Shown here in pieces: positions 50,501-62,960 of a stretch of DNA of 64,000 nt. Location of the stretch: NCBI GenBank assembly GCA_002269645.1, contig NIVC01001677.1, forward strand, positions 186,001-250,000, in the 5' to 3' direction. A program made the position numbers and the translations under genes. Source of the DNA: Macrostomum lignano (Eukaryota). How positions within the stretch are numbered: position 1 is the first letter of the stretch; every line of letters begins with the position of its first letter. A model generated the notes under the pieces. The model worked only from the letters and a program-made list of their open reading frames with translations, made no database searches and was not told where the DNA came from.

Positions 50501-53500
50501 AAATTGTACTTTTCTATTTTTTTGTCATTCGTTATCGCACTCGGGCCGGCCTGCCTGCCTTGTGGGGTGTGGTGGCCTTGGCCACTTTCTCCCCCTTCTG
50601 CTAGGATCCAAAGCAAGCTTTCAAGTGTACATTTAATATTATCGATCGATTATTTAAAACAAGCCTCTAGTGGCTGGTGTTGAGAGTGAGTGGCCTTGAG
50701 TGTACGCGAAAGCAAGAGGAAGCCCATGGGCGGACTATATGAACCTTCCTTTAGTGGAAAGTTGGGCCTTGTGCATTGGATAGTGTACGCTACACAAGAC
50801 AGAAGGTAAAGAGAAAGAGAATGACAGGCTAGCCAATAGCGATAGCATGTGCTTCTTTCTCTCCAGTCCACTATGGTAGGGGGGGGAGGGGGGTGTCAGA
50901 CGGCCCAACTCTAACCCCCATACCCAAAACAGCGTACATGTAGAATAAGAAGGGATTGGGTCCAGATAAGTCTTCCCAAATGTACATGTATGTACAAAGA
51001 CAAACACAGACAAGAAAAATGGCTCTAAAAACCATTGTTATTGTTACACTGTGTGTCTATTTTTATTAACTTGACTTTGACTTGTCTTTACTCTAGCATG
51101 GTCAAGGATAATTACTGTTACTTCATACCTAATTTACAATTAATTGCATAAGATTAAGAAGGAATAATACAATCGAGGTCGAACCCATGATCACTTGACC
51201 CACCCACCCATGATCACTTCTGATTCTGACCTACATGTATCTACTATATCCTGCCAGTTTCTCCAGTTTTATGGGTCTTGGTGTCGGTGATTCGAGCAAT
51301 TCCATTACATTTTATCGGTGCAGTGCGTCTATTAATGCTTAGCTACTTGTATATGTGTTGCAGAACTTATGCTCGTAGTTTCCCTTCTAGGGATGTTGAC
51401 CCCGGGAGTGCTCCCCGGGGAGCTTGTCGGGGAATACTCTCCGGGGAATTTAACCGGGGTCCCCGATAAGATAATTCCCTGGGGAATCGACATCCCTAAT
51501 TCCCTTCCTATAAATCATTTGACGTTAGAGACATTTTACAACTCTCGCCCTACTTTATCTATTAGGCTAACTTTATGTATGACACGACGCAAAATATTAG
51601 GAGCATCAGCGTTAATAATGCCTTGAAAGTCTTTAAATAATCGATACAACACTAGGTATTATAAAATTCCAACCCCAAAGCTCACTGGGGCGAAAAGACT
51701 TTGTCTTCATTAACTAGTCTGGGTTTACCCACCAGATTGATAGTCAGACTGTGCTAGAGACAAATCTTTCAAGCCATACCATTCTGCGCAAATTTTAATT
51801 AGATTTCTAAGAAAATAAGTAAAATTTTAAAATGTGCAACAGTAAAAGATCGCTATTTTTGTTACTACTACTACTGGGCCTACTCATCTCAAGCTTAACT
51901 CAAATAAGTAATATGCTAGACTCGTTAGGACTCTACGACTACATGGTACAATTTTAAGCCACGTCTTATTGGGTCAGCCCCCCTAGCCACATCTAAAAAA
52001 GATAGGCCTAAGCAGACAAATTTTCAAAACACGACTCTATTGAAGGCGGATATTGAAGATTTTCTATAAGAAACAACTTTGCTGCATCTAGTCGTAGTTA
52101 CAGAAGCGATCAAAATCCATCTAAAATGTAATCTAGACTCTAGACTAAATTCAAGATCTAAACAAGACGAAAAGTACAAAATCAAGTCCTAGACTAGGTC
52201 AAGGTGTCAAACAGACAAAACTAACTTCACATGACAGTGTTGAATATAGACCTACTGGTACTTTTTTGTGCCTCGCTTTTGTCAATAGGTGATATCTACT
52301 TTTAGCTGAGGTAGGTGTAAGATGATATACCAAAACTAATTAATATAATTTCATAACTAATACACGTTTTAAAATTATGCTGAAATACTTTTGTTCAAAT
52401 AAAAGCATGAATGCTGGGTAAAACAAAGTAGAAACTTTTCTTTAAAGGTAATTTGTGATGCATATTGTTTTTTGTTTTGTTTCTTTTTTTAAAACATTAA
52501 TTATTAAAGCAGTTGCATTTTATTAAAAACGAAAAAATAAACATTTTCACATTTGTATTAGCATCATGGAACTTTTAATCGTTTAAAATCAAGGCACTTT
52601 TACGATTTTATCGAAAATCAATTCTTAATCTTAGCTTAGCTAATTACTATCTGACTAAATTACAAGGAAAAAACCTACATATTTTTAAAAAAATTCTTGT
52701 ATGGTTAATTCTATATGTATGTTTAAAAGCTTATTTCATTTACATGCACCACAGTAGCTAGTGACTAGTGTTGTCAGTTGTCTACAACATAAACGACTAC
52801 CCGTCCCTGGGCTGTTGCTGCTGTATGGTGTTCTGTACCCAGAATGGTTTTATAAAAAAACCACTTGACACAGCTTCAATGTGTTTTACTTGCTCGTAAC
52901 TAGACCTAATTTGATATGATAGGCCTGTAGGCTAGGCTATGAGTATGTATGTCATCAATTAATATAACTTTAAACTTTTTAATCATTTATTAGGTGCACT
53001 TTGTATTTATTATACAATTTAGTCTAAGTATGGTTTTATGTTATGTTTTTTAATTAATAATTAGTATATTACTTTTTTATTCATATTATAAGCTATAATT
53101 ATCTTATAATTTAATACTTATACTTATAGACCTATTTGTATTAATTTAATTTTTAAAATGACTATAGCTAAATAGAGAACAAGAGTGAGAATGCAAGAGC
53201 TAATGCTCAAACCAAGGTATAAAAACCCTTAGCAAGTAGAAGAGGAGGGCTATTGTAAACAAAAGAATAGAAAGAATATAATGCACATTCCCCACAAATA
53301 CCATTTATTTACAAAAGTGCAAAAGTATACCCTCTAGTAGAGCCTCGTAGGGTAACTAAAGCTTGTTTGCAAATTGGTCATTGGTGCGCCTTAATGCAAA
53401 CTGAGGCATCTATAGCTTTTTTCTAAGAATAAGAACATTGAAAAATATAATTAAAAATACCAATTATGTATGCATCTTAGACAAAACTTAAGGTTTAGAT

Positions 53501-53914
53501 TGAAATGAATACAATATATTATTGAATAACTAAAGAGTGATTATAGGAAGTATTTTACTTTTACTTTATTAAAACAACTTTTTTCCATTTTTCTTTTTCT
53601 AGAATATATAAGTAATTTAGTTTAGGGGTTTTTATAATTTATTTTTTTGATTTAGATGATAAATCATTAGGGGCAAAAAGACAAAAAGTTTATGTCTATA
53701 TTTTAGAAAAAAATATCTTAATTGTATTTTTATAGGACTCTAATTATAGGTTTTCTAGAAAGAAAAAGCTAACCCCTTCTTTTTTCTTTATAAGTAAAAA
53801 ATAAACTTTTTTATTTTTAAAGTATATAGTATAATATATCAAAGAAATTATCTAATCAGTTTATTGATACAAAAACAAAGCAATAATTTAATAAAGATTA
53901 AAGAAGAAGATTGA

Positions 53915-54150
53915 AGGTTGAATTCCCAATTCTATTAGAACAATTTATGTCCTTGAGCAAGACATTTCACAATACTTTATTCTACATTGCTTTAGTTCAC
54001 CTAACTATAAAATGTGTACCAACATTAGCTAGGATAATTGAGGATATATGGGCACCCTATAGTCCCTAGACTAAACAGCCATATGCAGCCTTCCTATGCA
54101 CTACTCAATAACTATAGCTAAACTATTAATTGCATATCTGGCCTAATTAC
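53915..54150 (+). mobile_element. CORE-type SINE copy B, heavily C>T/G>A mutated
   Basis: Ungapped alignment to copy A: 53980-54051 vs 17942-17871 and 54071-54148 vs 17867-17790. Confidence 0.8.
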
Positions 54151-54594
54151 ATATCCACTTGTAAAAGCAGAGTTGATTAAGCACAAGCATAGCTTATTGT
54201 AAATCTTAAATAATAATCAATAAGGATTAATTTAATAGCAAGAAATCATCTATGCATGATTGAACTTGATGCTTCCTTTTTCTTATCTGCTACATGCTTG
54301 TCTCATATGCTAAGGATAAAATGCTTAATAAGTCTATCTAAACTGACAGCCATAGGCCATGCACCTGTCAAGTAATTGAAGAAATTATTATTATATATGA
54401 ATTTTCAAGCAAGCCACCTCACCTCGCTGTATTGGCCCAATTTGATGAAATACTGTGCTTAAATCTTGAACGTGGAACTTGTAGTGTGAGAAACCCGTCA
54501 CCTGCACACTTGGCACTCCCCCCATACTCACCCTCCCTTACTGGCATTATCGAATCTCTTTAAATCGGCGCCCACTCTGCTAAAACCAGCTGCA

Positions 54595-57500
54595 ATGGCT
54601 GACGAGGCCGGGCCAAGCGAGAAGGCCAAGTTTACTAAAGACACCGAGGAAGTGGACATTGATCCAATTAGCGGAAAACGTCGAGTAGAAGGCGGCGGTG
54701 GCCGTCAAGGACGCCGACTGACACTATTCGATCGTTCCTCTGGTTCGGTGTTGAATCCCTGCTTTGCATCGAGCGTGCTGGAGGCTCACTATCAGAGAAT
54801 CAGCTACCAGCAGTCGGTGGGCAGGCTGAGATGTGCCTGCGCCTACCTGGCCCTGTGCTCTCTGGTCTGGCTTATCTATTTTGCTATTCGCCAAACTCCA
54901 ATGTGGTGGGGTTTGGTGCTAACTGAGGTCGCTACTATTCTCGTCTTTGTCCTACTACTTGGAGCTACTTACGTTCGAGCGCTATTTCCGCGATTTTCTC
55001 TTGTATTGTCGCTGATTGCCGTGGTGGTTAAAGGCGGCCTACTACTGGCCAATATGGCCGCTTTGAAAGGCGATGAGGACTATGGATATTTGCCGATTTT
55101 CGATTTTGCCGGAGTTTTACAGGTGAGGCTGGACATAGACTCACAGTCTAGTCACAGTTCAAATGATCTTGAAAACAATTAGATTTCCATTTAGGAGGAC
55201 CTTGAAAACCATTAGGCTTCCGTTTAGAATGACCTTGAAAACAATTTGATTTCCATTTAGAATAACCTCGAAAACCATTAGGCTTCCGTTTAGAATGACC
55301 TTGAAAACAAATGGGCTTCCATTTAGAATGACCTTGAACACAAATGGATTTTTAATTTAAAATCACCTTTAAATCACATTTTCCATTTAAATGCCCTTGA
55401 AAACAAATATATGTCTATTTAGGATGACCTTGAAAACCATTAGGCTTCCATTTAGAATGACCTTGAAAAATAAAACAAATGGGTTTCCGATTTAAATGAC
55501 CTTGAAAACAATTAGCTTTCCATTTAGAATGACCTCGAAACCATTAGGCTTCCGTTTAGAATGACCTTGAACACAAATGGATTTTTAATTTAAAATGACC
55601 TTTAAATCACATTTTCCACTTAAATGACCTTGAAAACAAATGGAATTTTCTCTTGGAATGGCTTTGGAAAGACGAATGGGATTTCCTCTCGCAAGAGCTA
55701 TCTATATTCGAAAAAATTCAATCTGTTAACTTGCGGTTTCAACTCCAACAGGTGGTTATGGTATCGTACACCCTGATACCAATACCCTTGTACCTTTGCC
55801 TTCTTTACGGCATACTGCTGAGCGGCTTGTACATACTCTGCCTAGTGTTCTTCATTGGAGTTGAGACGCCACTGATTCTAACTTCTCACGCTGTGATGCT
55901 AATTGGAGTGCAAATTGTTGGATTTCAGTTGCACATTATGTCGCAGGTGAGTTTTAATTCTGTAAATTTAAACTGACTGATGAGAGTTCTGCGACTGTAG
56001 TTTGCATTTGCTATGTACTATACAGGGAGGTTGGTCTAGGGTAAGTGCTACTGTGTCTATAGATATTGAGGGCCAGTGTATCTATGGATATTGGATGTCA
56101 GGCTGTCAGTGTGTCTATATATATTGGAGGCCAGTGTGTCTATATATATTGGAGGCCAGTGTGTCTATATATATTGAAGGCCAGTGTGTCTATGTATATT
56201 GAAGGCCAGTGTGTCTATATATATTGGAGGCCAGTGTGTCTATATATATTGAAGGCCAGTGTGTCTATATATATTGAGGGCCAGTGTATCTATATAGAAG
56301 TCCTTTTGCTCACAATATAAGTTTTTCTGCGTGTGGGAGTTTTGATTTGAAGAAGATAGTTGCTTTTTCCACTTTATATTGTTTAATTTAATATTATAGA
56401 ATACATTATTGAGTTTATTTCATCATCATTGATTTCTACTTAACTAAGTGTTGATGCCAATCCTGTTATCCAGATTGCATTGTACCCTGATAAATTAATA
56501 ATAAGAGCTGAGGTCACTAGTTGTGTATACAAGAATACACATCTTGTACAGAGAGCATCGCACAAACTGAATAATGCATAGTTAATCATCTGTGTACTCA
56601 CAGACAGTGTGTGGACTTGGGCTTGCAAGCTTATAAGTATAGACAATTGTGTGTTGGGGACACGGTCAGCAGATCTGCCTTTCAATCTGCCTTTCTGTCT
56701 AAAAAGAGAGAAATTCTGTCTTTTCTGTCTGTCTCTCTTAGTCCTTGACTCGTGTTGTCCTTCAGCTGGGCCACGCTTGATTCCTGTATGAAATCTATTA
56801 ATTACTTCACCCAACGTTTGGCTTGGGCACGAGTCGATTTTAAGGACACAGTAGGAATTGCACTAAATAAGTTGCTGATTGAGTGCTAATGTCTTAGGCA
56901 GTGGCAGCAATTAATATGTATCGCTTAGTAGCAATGGCAAGAATTGGAGGAGTAAACTACACGGGTGCGAGGGAGAAGAAGTGTTAAGAGGGAGAGGAAG
57001 AGGGGTGAGAGGGAGAGAAAGAGAGGGATGAGAGGGAGAGGAAGAGAGGGATGAGAGGGAGAGGAAGAGAGGGATGAGAGGGAGAGGAAGAGAGGGATGA
57101 GAGGGAGAGGAAGAGAGGGATGAGAGGGAGAGGAAGAGAGGGATGAGAGGGAGAGGAAGAGAGGGATGAGAGGGAGAGGAAGAGGGGTGAGAGGGAGAGA
57201 AAGAGAGGGATGAGAGGGAGAGGAAGAGAGGGATGAGAGGGAGAGGAAGAGAGGGATGAGAGGGAGAGGAAGAGAGGGATGAGAGGGAGAGGAAGAGAGA
57301 GGGATGAGAGGGAGAGGAAGAGAGGGATGAGAGGGAGAGGAAGAGAGAGGGATGAGAGGGAGAGGAAGAGAGGGATGAGAGGGAGAGGAAGAGAGAGGGA
57401 TGAGACAGAGAGGAAGAGAGGGATGAGAGGGAGAGGAATAGAGAGGGATGAGAAGGAGAGGAAGAGAGGGATGAGAGGGAGAGGAAGAGAGAGGGATGAG

Positions 57501-60500
57501 AGGGAGAGGAAGAGAGGGATGAGAGGGAGAGGAAGAGAGGGATGAGAGGGAGAGGAAGAGAGGGATGAGAGGGAGAGGAAGAGAGAGGGATGAGACAGAA
57601 GAGAGAGGGATGAGAGGGAGAGGGATGAGAGGGAGAGGAAGAGAGGGATGAGAGGGAGAGGAAGAGAGGGATGAGAGGGAGAGGAAGAGAGAGGGATGAG
57701 ACAGAGAGGAAGAGAGGGATGAGAGGGAGAGGAAGAGAGAGGGATGAGAGGGAGAGGAAGAGAGAGGGATGAGAGGGAGAGGAAGAGAGGGATGAGAGGG
57801 AGAGGAAGAGAGGGATGAGCGGGAGAGGAAGAGAGGGATGAGAGGGAGAGGAAGAGAGGGATGAGAGGGAGAGGAAGAGAGAGGGATGAGAGGGAGAGGA
57901 AGAGAGGGATGAGAGGGATGAGACAGAAGAGAGAGGGATGAGAGGGAGAGGGATGAGAGGGAGAGGAAGAGAGAGGGATGAGAGGGAGAGGAAGAGAGGG
58001 ATGAGAGGGAGAGGAAGAGAGAGGGATGAGACAGAGAGGAAGAGAGGGATGAGAGGGAGAGGAAGAGAGAGGGATGAGAGGGAGAGGAAGAGAGAGGGAT
58101 GAGAGGGAGAGGAAGAGAGGGATGAGAGGGAGAGGAAGAGAGGGATGAGAGGGAGAGGAAGAGAGGGATGAGCGGGAGAGGAAGAGAGGGATGAGAAGGA
58201 GAGGAAGAGAGGGAGAGGAAGATAGAGAGAGGGGGGTGAGTAAGGAAAAGGTGAGGAGTAGGGAGAAAAAATATGTGAGTCTTAATTTTTAGCTAACCGC
58301 TACCAAGACCTTAATAGTTGCATCACAGTTTATAATTATTTAATTAAAATAGAAATCCTCTAAGCATGTGTTGCAATATTAGCCTGCAGCATCTGTGCCT
58401 ATATTTATAAACCTCTCGCGCACCCCAGAGAGCGTGAAAAATGCTATACTGCTAAGCTAGTACAAAGTCTGCCAGATTAATATTAGCCTTCAGGCAGAAC
58501 CTGCGGAGACTGAATATATTGGTCCTGGCATTCGCTCCCTACCAACTTTCTCTCTCAGTAGTTCGGCTTTTCTGCCTTCCCGGGGCGAAATCGGATTTTC
58601 CAACCTCCGGCACAGACTGTTGTGCACTTTTGGTGCTCCTCTAGGGAGGACCCCTGAGGGCTGAAAGAATTTACGACCAACCAGCCGTATTTTCGCTCCT
58701 TGTTCCGCTACTCTCCCCTCCCATTCATTCTCTGTCACGTTTCAGGGACTTTTTAAAAAACGGAATCTGGAATGGAAGGCGCAAATATTTATCTGTTTGT
58801 GTTTCTTAAACTTTATTAAGTCAAAAGTCAAAGTTTATTCAGCTTAAACTTTGACGGTTTGAATTTTCGAGCTTGTGAGGATTCGAGGTTGTGGAGGTTC
58901 AAGCTTGGGAAGATTCGAGCTTGTGGAGTTTCGAGCTTTTGAAATTTTGAGCTTGTAGAGCTTCGAGTTTGTGATGATTCGAGTTTGTGAAGATTCGAAC
59001 TTGTGGAGCTTCGAGTTTGTGGAGCTTCAAGCTTGGGAAGATTCGAACTTGTGGAGCTTCAAGCTTGGGAAGATTCGAACTTGTGGAGCTTCAAGCTTGG
59101 GAAGATTCGAACTTGTGGAGCTTCAAGCTTGGGAAGATTCGAGCTTGTGGAGCTTCAAGCTTGGGAAGATTCGAACTTGTGGAGCTTCAAGCTTGGGAAG
59201 ATTCGAACTTGTGGAGCTTCAAGCTTGGGAAGATTCGAACTTGTGGAGCTTCAAGCTTGGGAAGATTCGAACTTGTGGAGGTTCAAGCTTGGGAAGATTC
59301 GAACTTGTGGAGCTTCAAGCTTGGGAAGATTCGAACTTGTGAAGATTCGAGTTTGTAGAGCTTCGAGTTTGTGAAGATTCGAACTTGTGAAGCTTCGAGC
59401 TTGTGAAGATTCGAGCTTGTGGAGCTTCGAGTTTGTGAAGATTCGAGCTTGTGAAGATTCGAGCTTGTGAAGATTCGAGCTTGTGAAGATTCGAGTTTGT
59501 GAAGATTCAAGCTTGTGAAAGTGACTCGACTGACTCTGTGCTTTCTGGTTTCCAATATTTCAGTCCTATCGATAAACTTATAGTCAGTTAATAATTTATA
59601 AAAAGAATTTGAAAATGTGCCACAGCGATTTAGCGGGGTGAAGTCTCCATTTTTTCAGGCTTGGAAAAGATTCTATTGACTAAACCTAATCCATAAAAAT
59701 GCCCAAGTTTCAAATCCAGATCTCTATCCTGACAGGCGTCTATGGTCACACACTTCCTGTCCTTGGATGACTGATTCAGTATATTAAGCAAAACGCGGGC
59801 TCTTAAGTCCGGGAATTTCTTAAGCCTAATTTGCAGCTGCAACTGCCTATATTTTCTTTCTCCAGCTCTTTCTAGTATCGTGTTTCTATGCTTGAATATG
59901 TTTTCTGAGCCAACAGGATTTATAATTTATTTTGTGGAATAAATGATGCTTAAATATGCTAGACTTACAGGCTCCAGAACTGTTTGACTCCTTTGAATAC
60001 TCAGTTATAAAAACTGATGGAGGATGTTTCGGCCTCTCTAGACGGCGTCTCTTGATCATTGGGGCGCTCGGTGGCCAGTGCTTGCCGCATACGCCCATGT
60101 GGTCTGTGACCGTCTGTAGTAATGGGTTGTTTAGCATGTTGTTTTTTATCCCCCCGGTTGTGTGCCCGTTATCCTATAATCCTCTCCTCCCTTCCCTCTC
60201 CTCTTCTCCCTTGCCTCTCCTCACCTTCTCCTCTCCTCTCTCCTTTCCTCCTCTTTCCTTTCCTCCCCTCTCCTCTCTTTCCCTCTCCTCTCCTCCCTTC
60301 CCTCTCCTCTCTTTCCCTCTCCTCTCTTTCCCTCTCCTCTCTTTCCCTCTCCTCTCTTTCCCTCTCCTCTCCTCTCTTTCCCTCTCCTCTCTTTCCCTCT
60401 CCTCTCTTTCCCTCTCCTCTCTTTCCCTCTCCTCTCCTCCCTTCCCTCTCCTCTCTTTCCCTCTCCTCTCCTTCCCTATCTTCTCTTTCCCTCTCCTCTC

Positions 60501-62599
60501 TTTCCCTCTCCTCTCCTCCCTTCTCTCTTCTCTCTTTCCCTCTCCACCATTCCCTCTCCTCTACTCCCTTCCCTCTCCTCTCTTTCCCTCTCCTCTCTTT
60601 TCCTCTCCTCTCTTTCCCTCTCCTCTCCCTCTCCTCTCTTTCCCTCTCCTCTCTTTCCCTCTCCTCTCCTCCCTTCCCTCTTCTCTCAGTTGCTATCCTG
60701 TCTTTCTTCCTCAATCCCTGTACCCATTCACACCCTCAATCCAATCTACTTCACACAGCAGTACTCACTGTTGGCTGATTAGGCAGGGCCAGCCTCCATA
60801 ATTCTCTTTCCTGACAGTCCTTCGGAAACGAATACACACTAGTCTTAGGCCTGCCGCCGGCTTTCTTATTCTGATAGTTTGTATAACAGTTAAACACGCT
60901 GCACTTGCGGGGCATGCTTGCCTTTTTTCCTATTTCGGATAGAGCCTAGAGTTTTCCAAGTCTTGTTGTATTGTTTAAAGTCTATAATTAAATCGGTGTT
61001 TGTCAGTCAGAAGTTCCTTATGTAGAGCCTGAGCTCCAGTACGGAGGCGTGAAAATGCCATAGACTATTAGATCGATTAAAAAACAAACGAGCCTCTGAA
61101 ATTAAATATATTCTGTCTTTATAACCACTCCCCTTTACCCATAGTCGGTTTGTGTTGTCTATGGTCCAAGCTTGAATCGATTAGAGCAATAAAACACTTA
61201 ACTTGTTCCTCTCTAGCCCTCCTATCTTTTTCGCTAATAAAACTGATTGGACAGTGACGCTTTCCCCCTGCCTCTCTCTCTCCTTTCTGTACCCCCCCCC
61301 CGAAGTACAGTGCATTCGCTATAGCTTTTTAATTGATTTTACCAGAACAATTAATCAATTACGAGCTAAGTCAAGTTTATGCCGGAATCAGGCATCTTAA
61401 AGTAATATTAATGTTTTTTTTAATTCTACGAGTCTACTGTACTTTAAAACCCCAAGGGGATTACACAAACCTCTAAGAAATTATCTAGATTCAGGGGCTA
61501 AGCGTTCGGTTAATTTCGATTCCATTAAGGTCCGTCGCCGCTCCACCTATCTCCGCCTGTGCGAAGGCGCCCGCCTAAAAAGAGATCAAGCCCACGAGAA
61601 AGAGTCCAAGGACGCAATGATTAAATCTCTGATGCCCGAGTCAGTTGCCAAGGCCATCACTGAGACTGGAGAAGGCGGCACCGAGAACGGACCGAGCGGC
61701 GGTCCGGGCAAATCCGACGCCAAATTCCGCAAATTCTACGTCAAACAACTGCAGGACGTGTCTGTACTGTTTGCCGATATTGTGGGCTTCACTAATATGA
61801 GCTCGGGCAAGACTGCACCCCACCTGGTGTACCTGCTTAACGATCTGTTTGGCCGATTCGATGACCTGTGCGACAAGTCTGGCTGCGAGAAAATTGCAAC
61901 CCTCGGAGACTGTTATTACTGCGTGGCCGGCTGTCCGGAGCCCAAGCCCGATCATGCCGAGTGCTGCGTTGAAATGGGCCGCGCCATGGTTGAAGCTATT
62001 CGAGAATTCGACAGGGATCACGAGGAGGCCGTCAACATGCGAGTGGGAGTGCACACTGGTGAGGGATGCTTAAGCGGGCTATCGCAGCACCGAACTTTGT
62101 TATAATGAGTCTTAATTTCCGGGTTTGCACTTTGCATCGTTTCTATCCAAGCGTTATATATTCAGTTAATGTTATTAAGTGCCATTCTAAGCATTCCTAC
62201 GCAAGTTAAGCTTCGTTGGCTGCGGTTAGTACCCAGTTTATAATCCGTAGTCAACCCAAGGCGAGTGTACATGCGCCACGCTAATGCAGTGCAGTTGACC
62301 GCCACACCGATCTATGACCTTGATGACCTTGAATAAAGTCAAGTGTGTAGAATGTGTTATTTATTAGAATGTACTTTTATTAATCATTCTAATTGATTAA
62401 ACATTTCAATGTCACGCAGGAACGGTCACCTGCGGCATTGTCGGAAAAATGCGATTTAAATTCGACGTCTGGTCCAATGATGTCACCCTGGCTAACGAGA
62501 TGGAGAGCTCTGGCCAGCCAGGCCGTGTGCACATCTCTGACGACACCTACAACTTTGTCAAGGACATCTACAAGCTGGACGAAGGGCCCGTTGTGCCCG
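54595..62599 (+). CDS. ADCY9: Adenylate cyclase type 9-like, first four coding exons (gene continues beyond the window)
   Basis: Exons 54595-55122, 55752-55946, 61530-62058, 62420-62599 in compatible phases. N-terminal LFDRSSG..LNP.F.S..LE and first TM cluster; VR.RST..R; MIKSLMP; C1a catalytic motifs [76 protein letters not shown]. The subtype call comes from recalled ADCY9 motifs. Confidence 0.9.
55150..55645. repeat. ~33-36-bp degenerate minisatellite aatgaccttgaaaacaattagatttccatttag
   Basis: Fills ADCY9 intron 1. Confidence 0.85.
56055..56295. repeat. 25-bp minisatellite ggccagtgtgtctatatatattgga
   Basis: Directly visible. Confidence 0.88.
56980..58240. repeat. GA-rich 23/25-bp minisatellite gagggatgagagggagaggaaga
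   Basis: Directly visible. Confidence 0.92.
58860..59520. repeat. 32-bp minisatellite ttcgaacttgtggagcttcaagcttgggaaga with 16-bp subunits
   Basis: Directly visible. Confidence 0.9.
60180..60690. repeat. CT-rich 15-bp repeat ctctttccctctcct
   Basis: Directly visible. Confidence 0.88.
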
Positions 62600-62604
62600 G
62601 TGAG

Positions 62605-62960
<356 letters not shown>

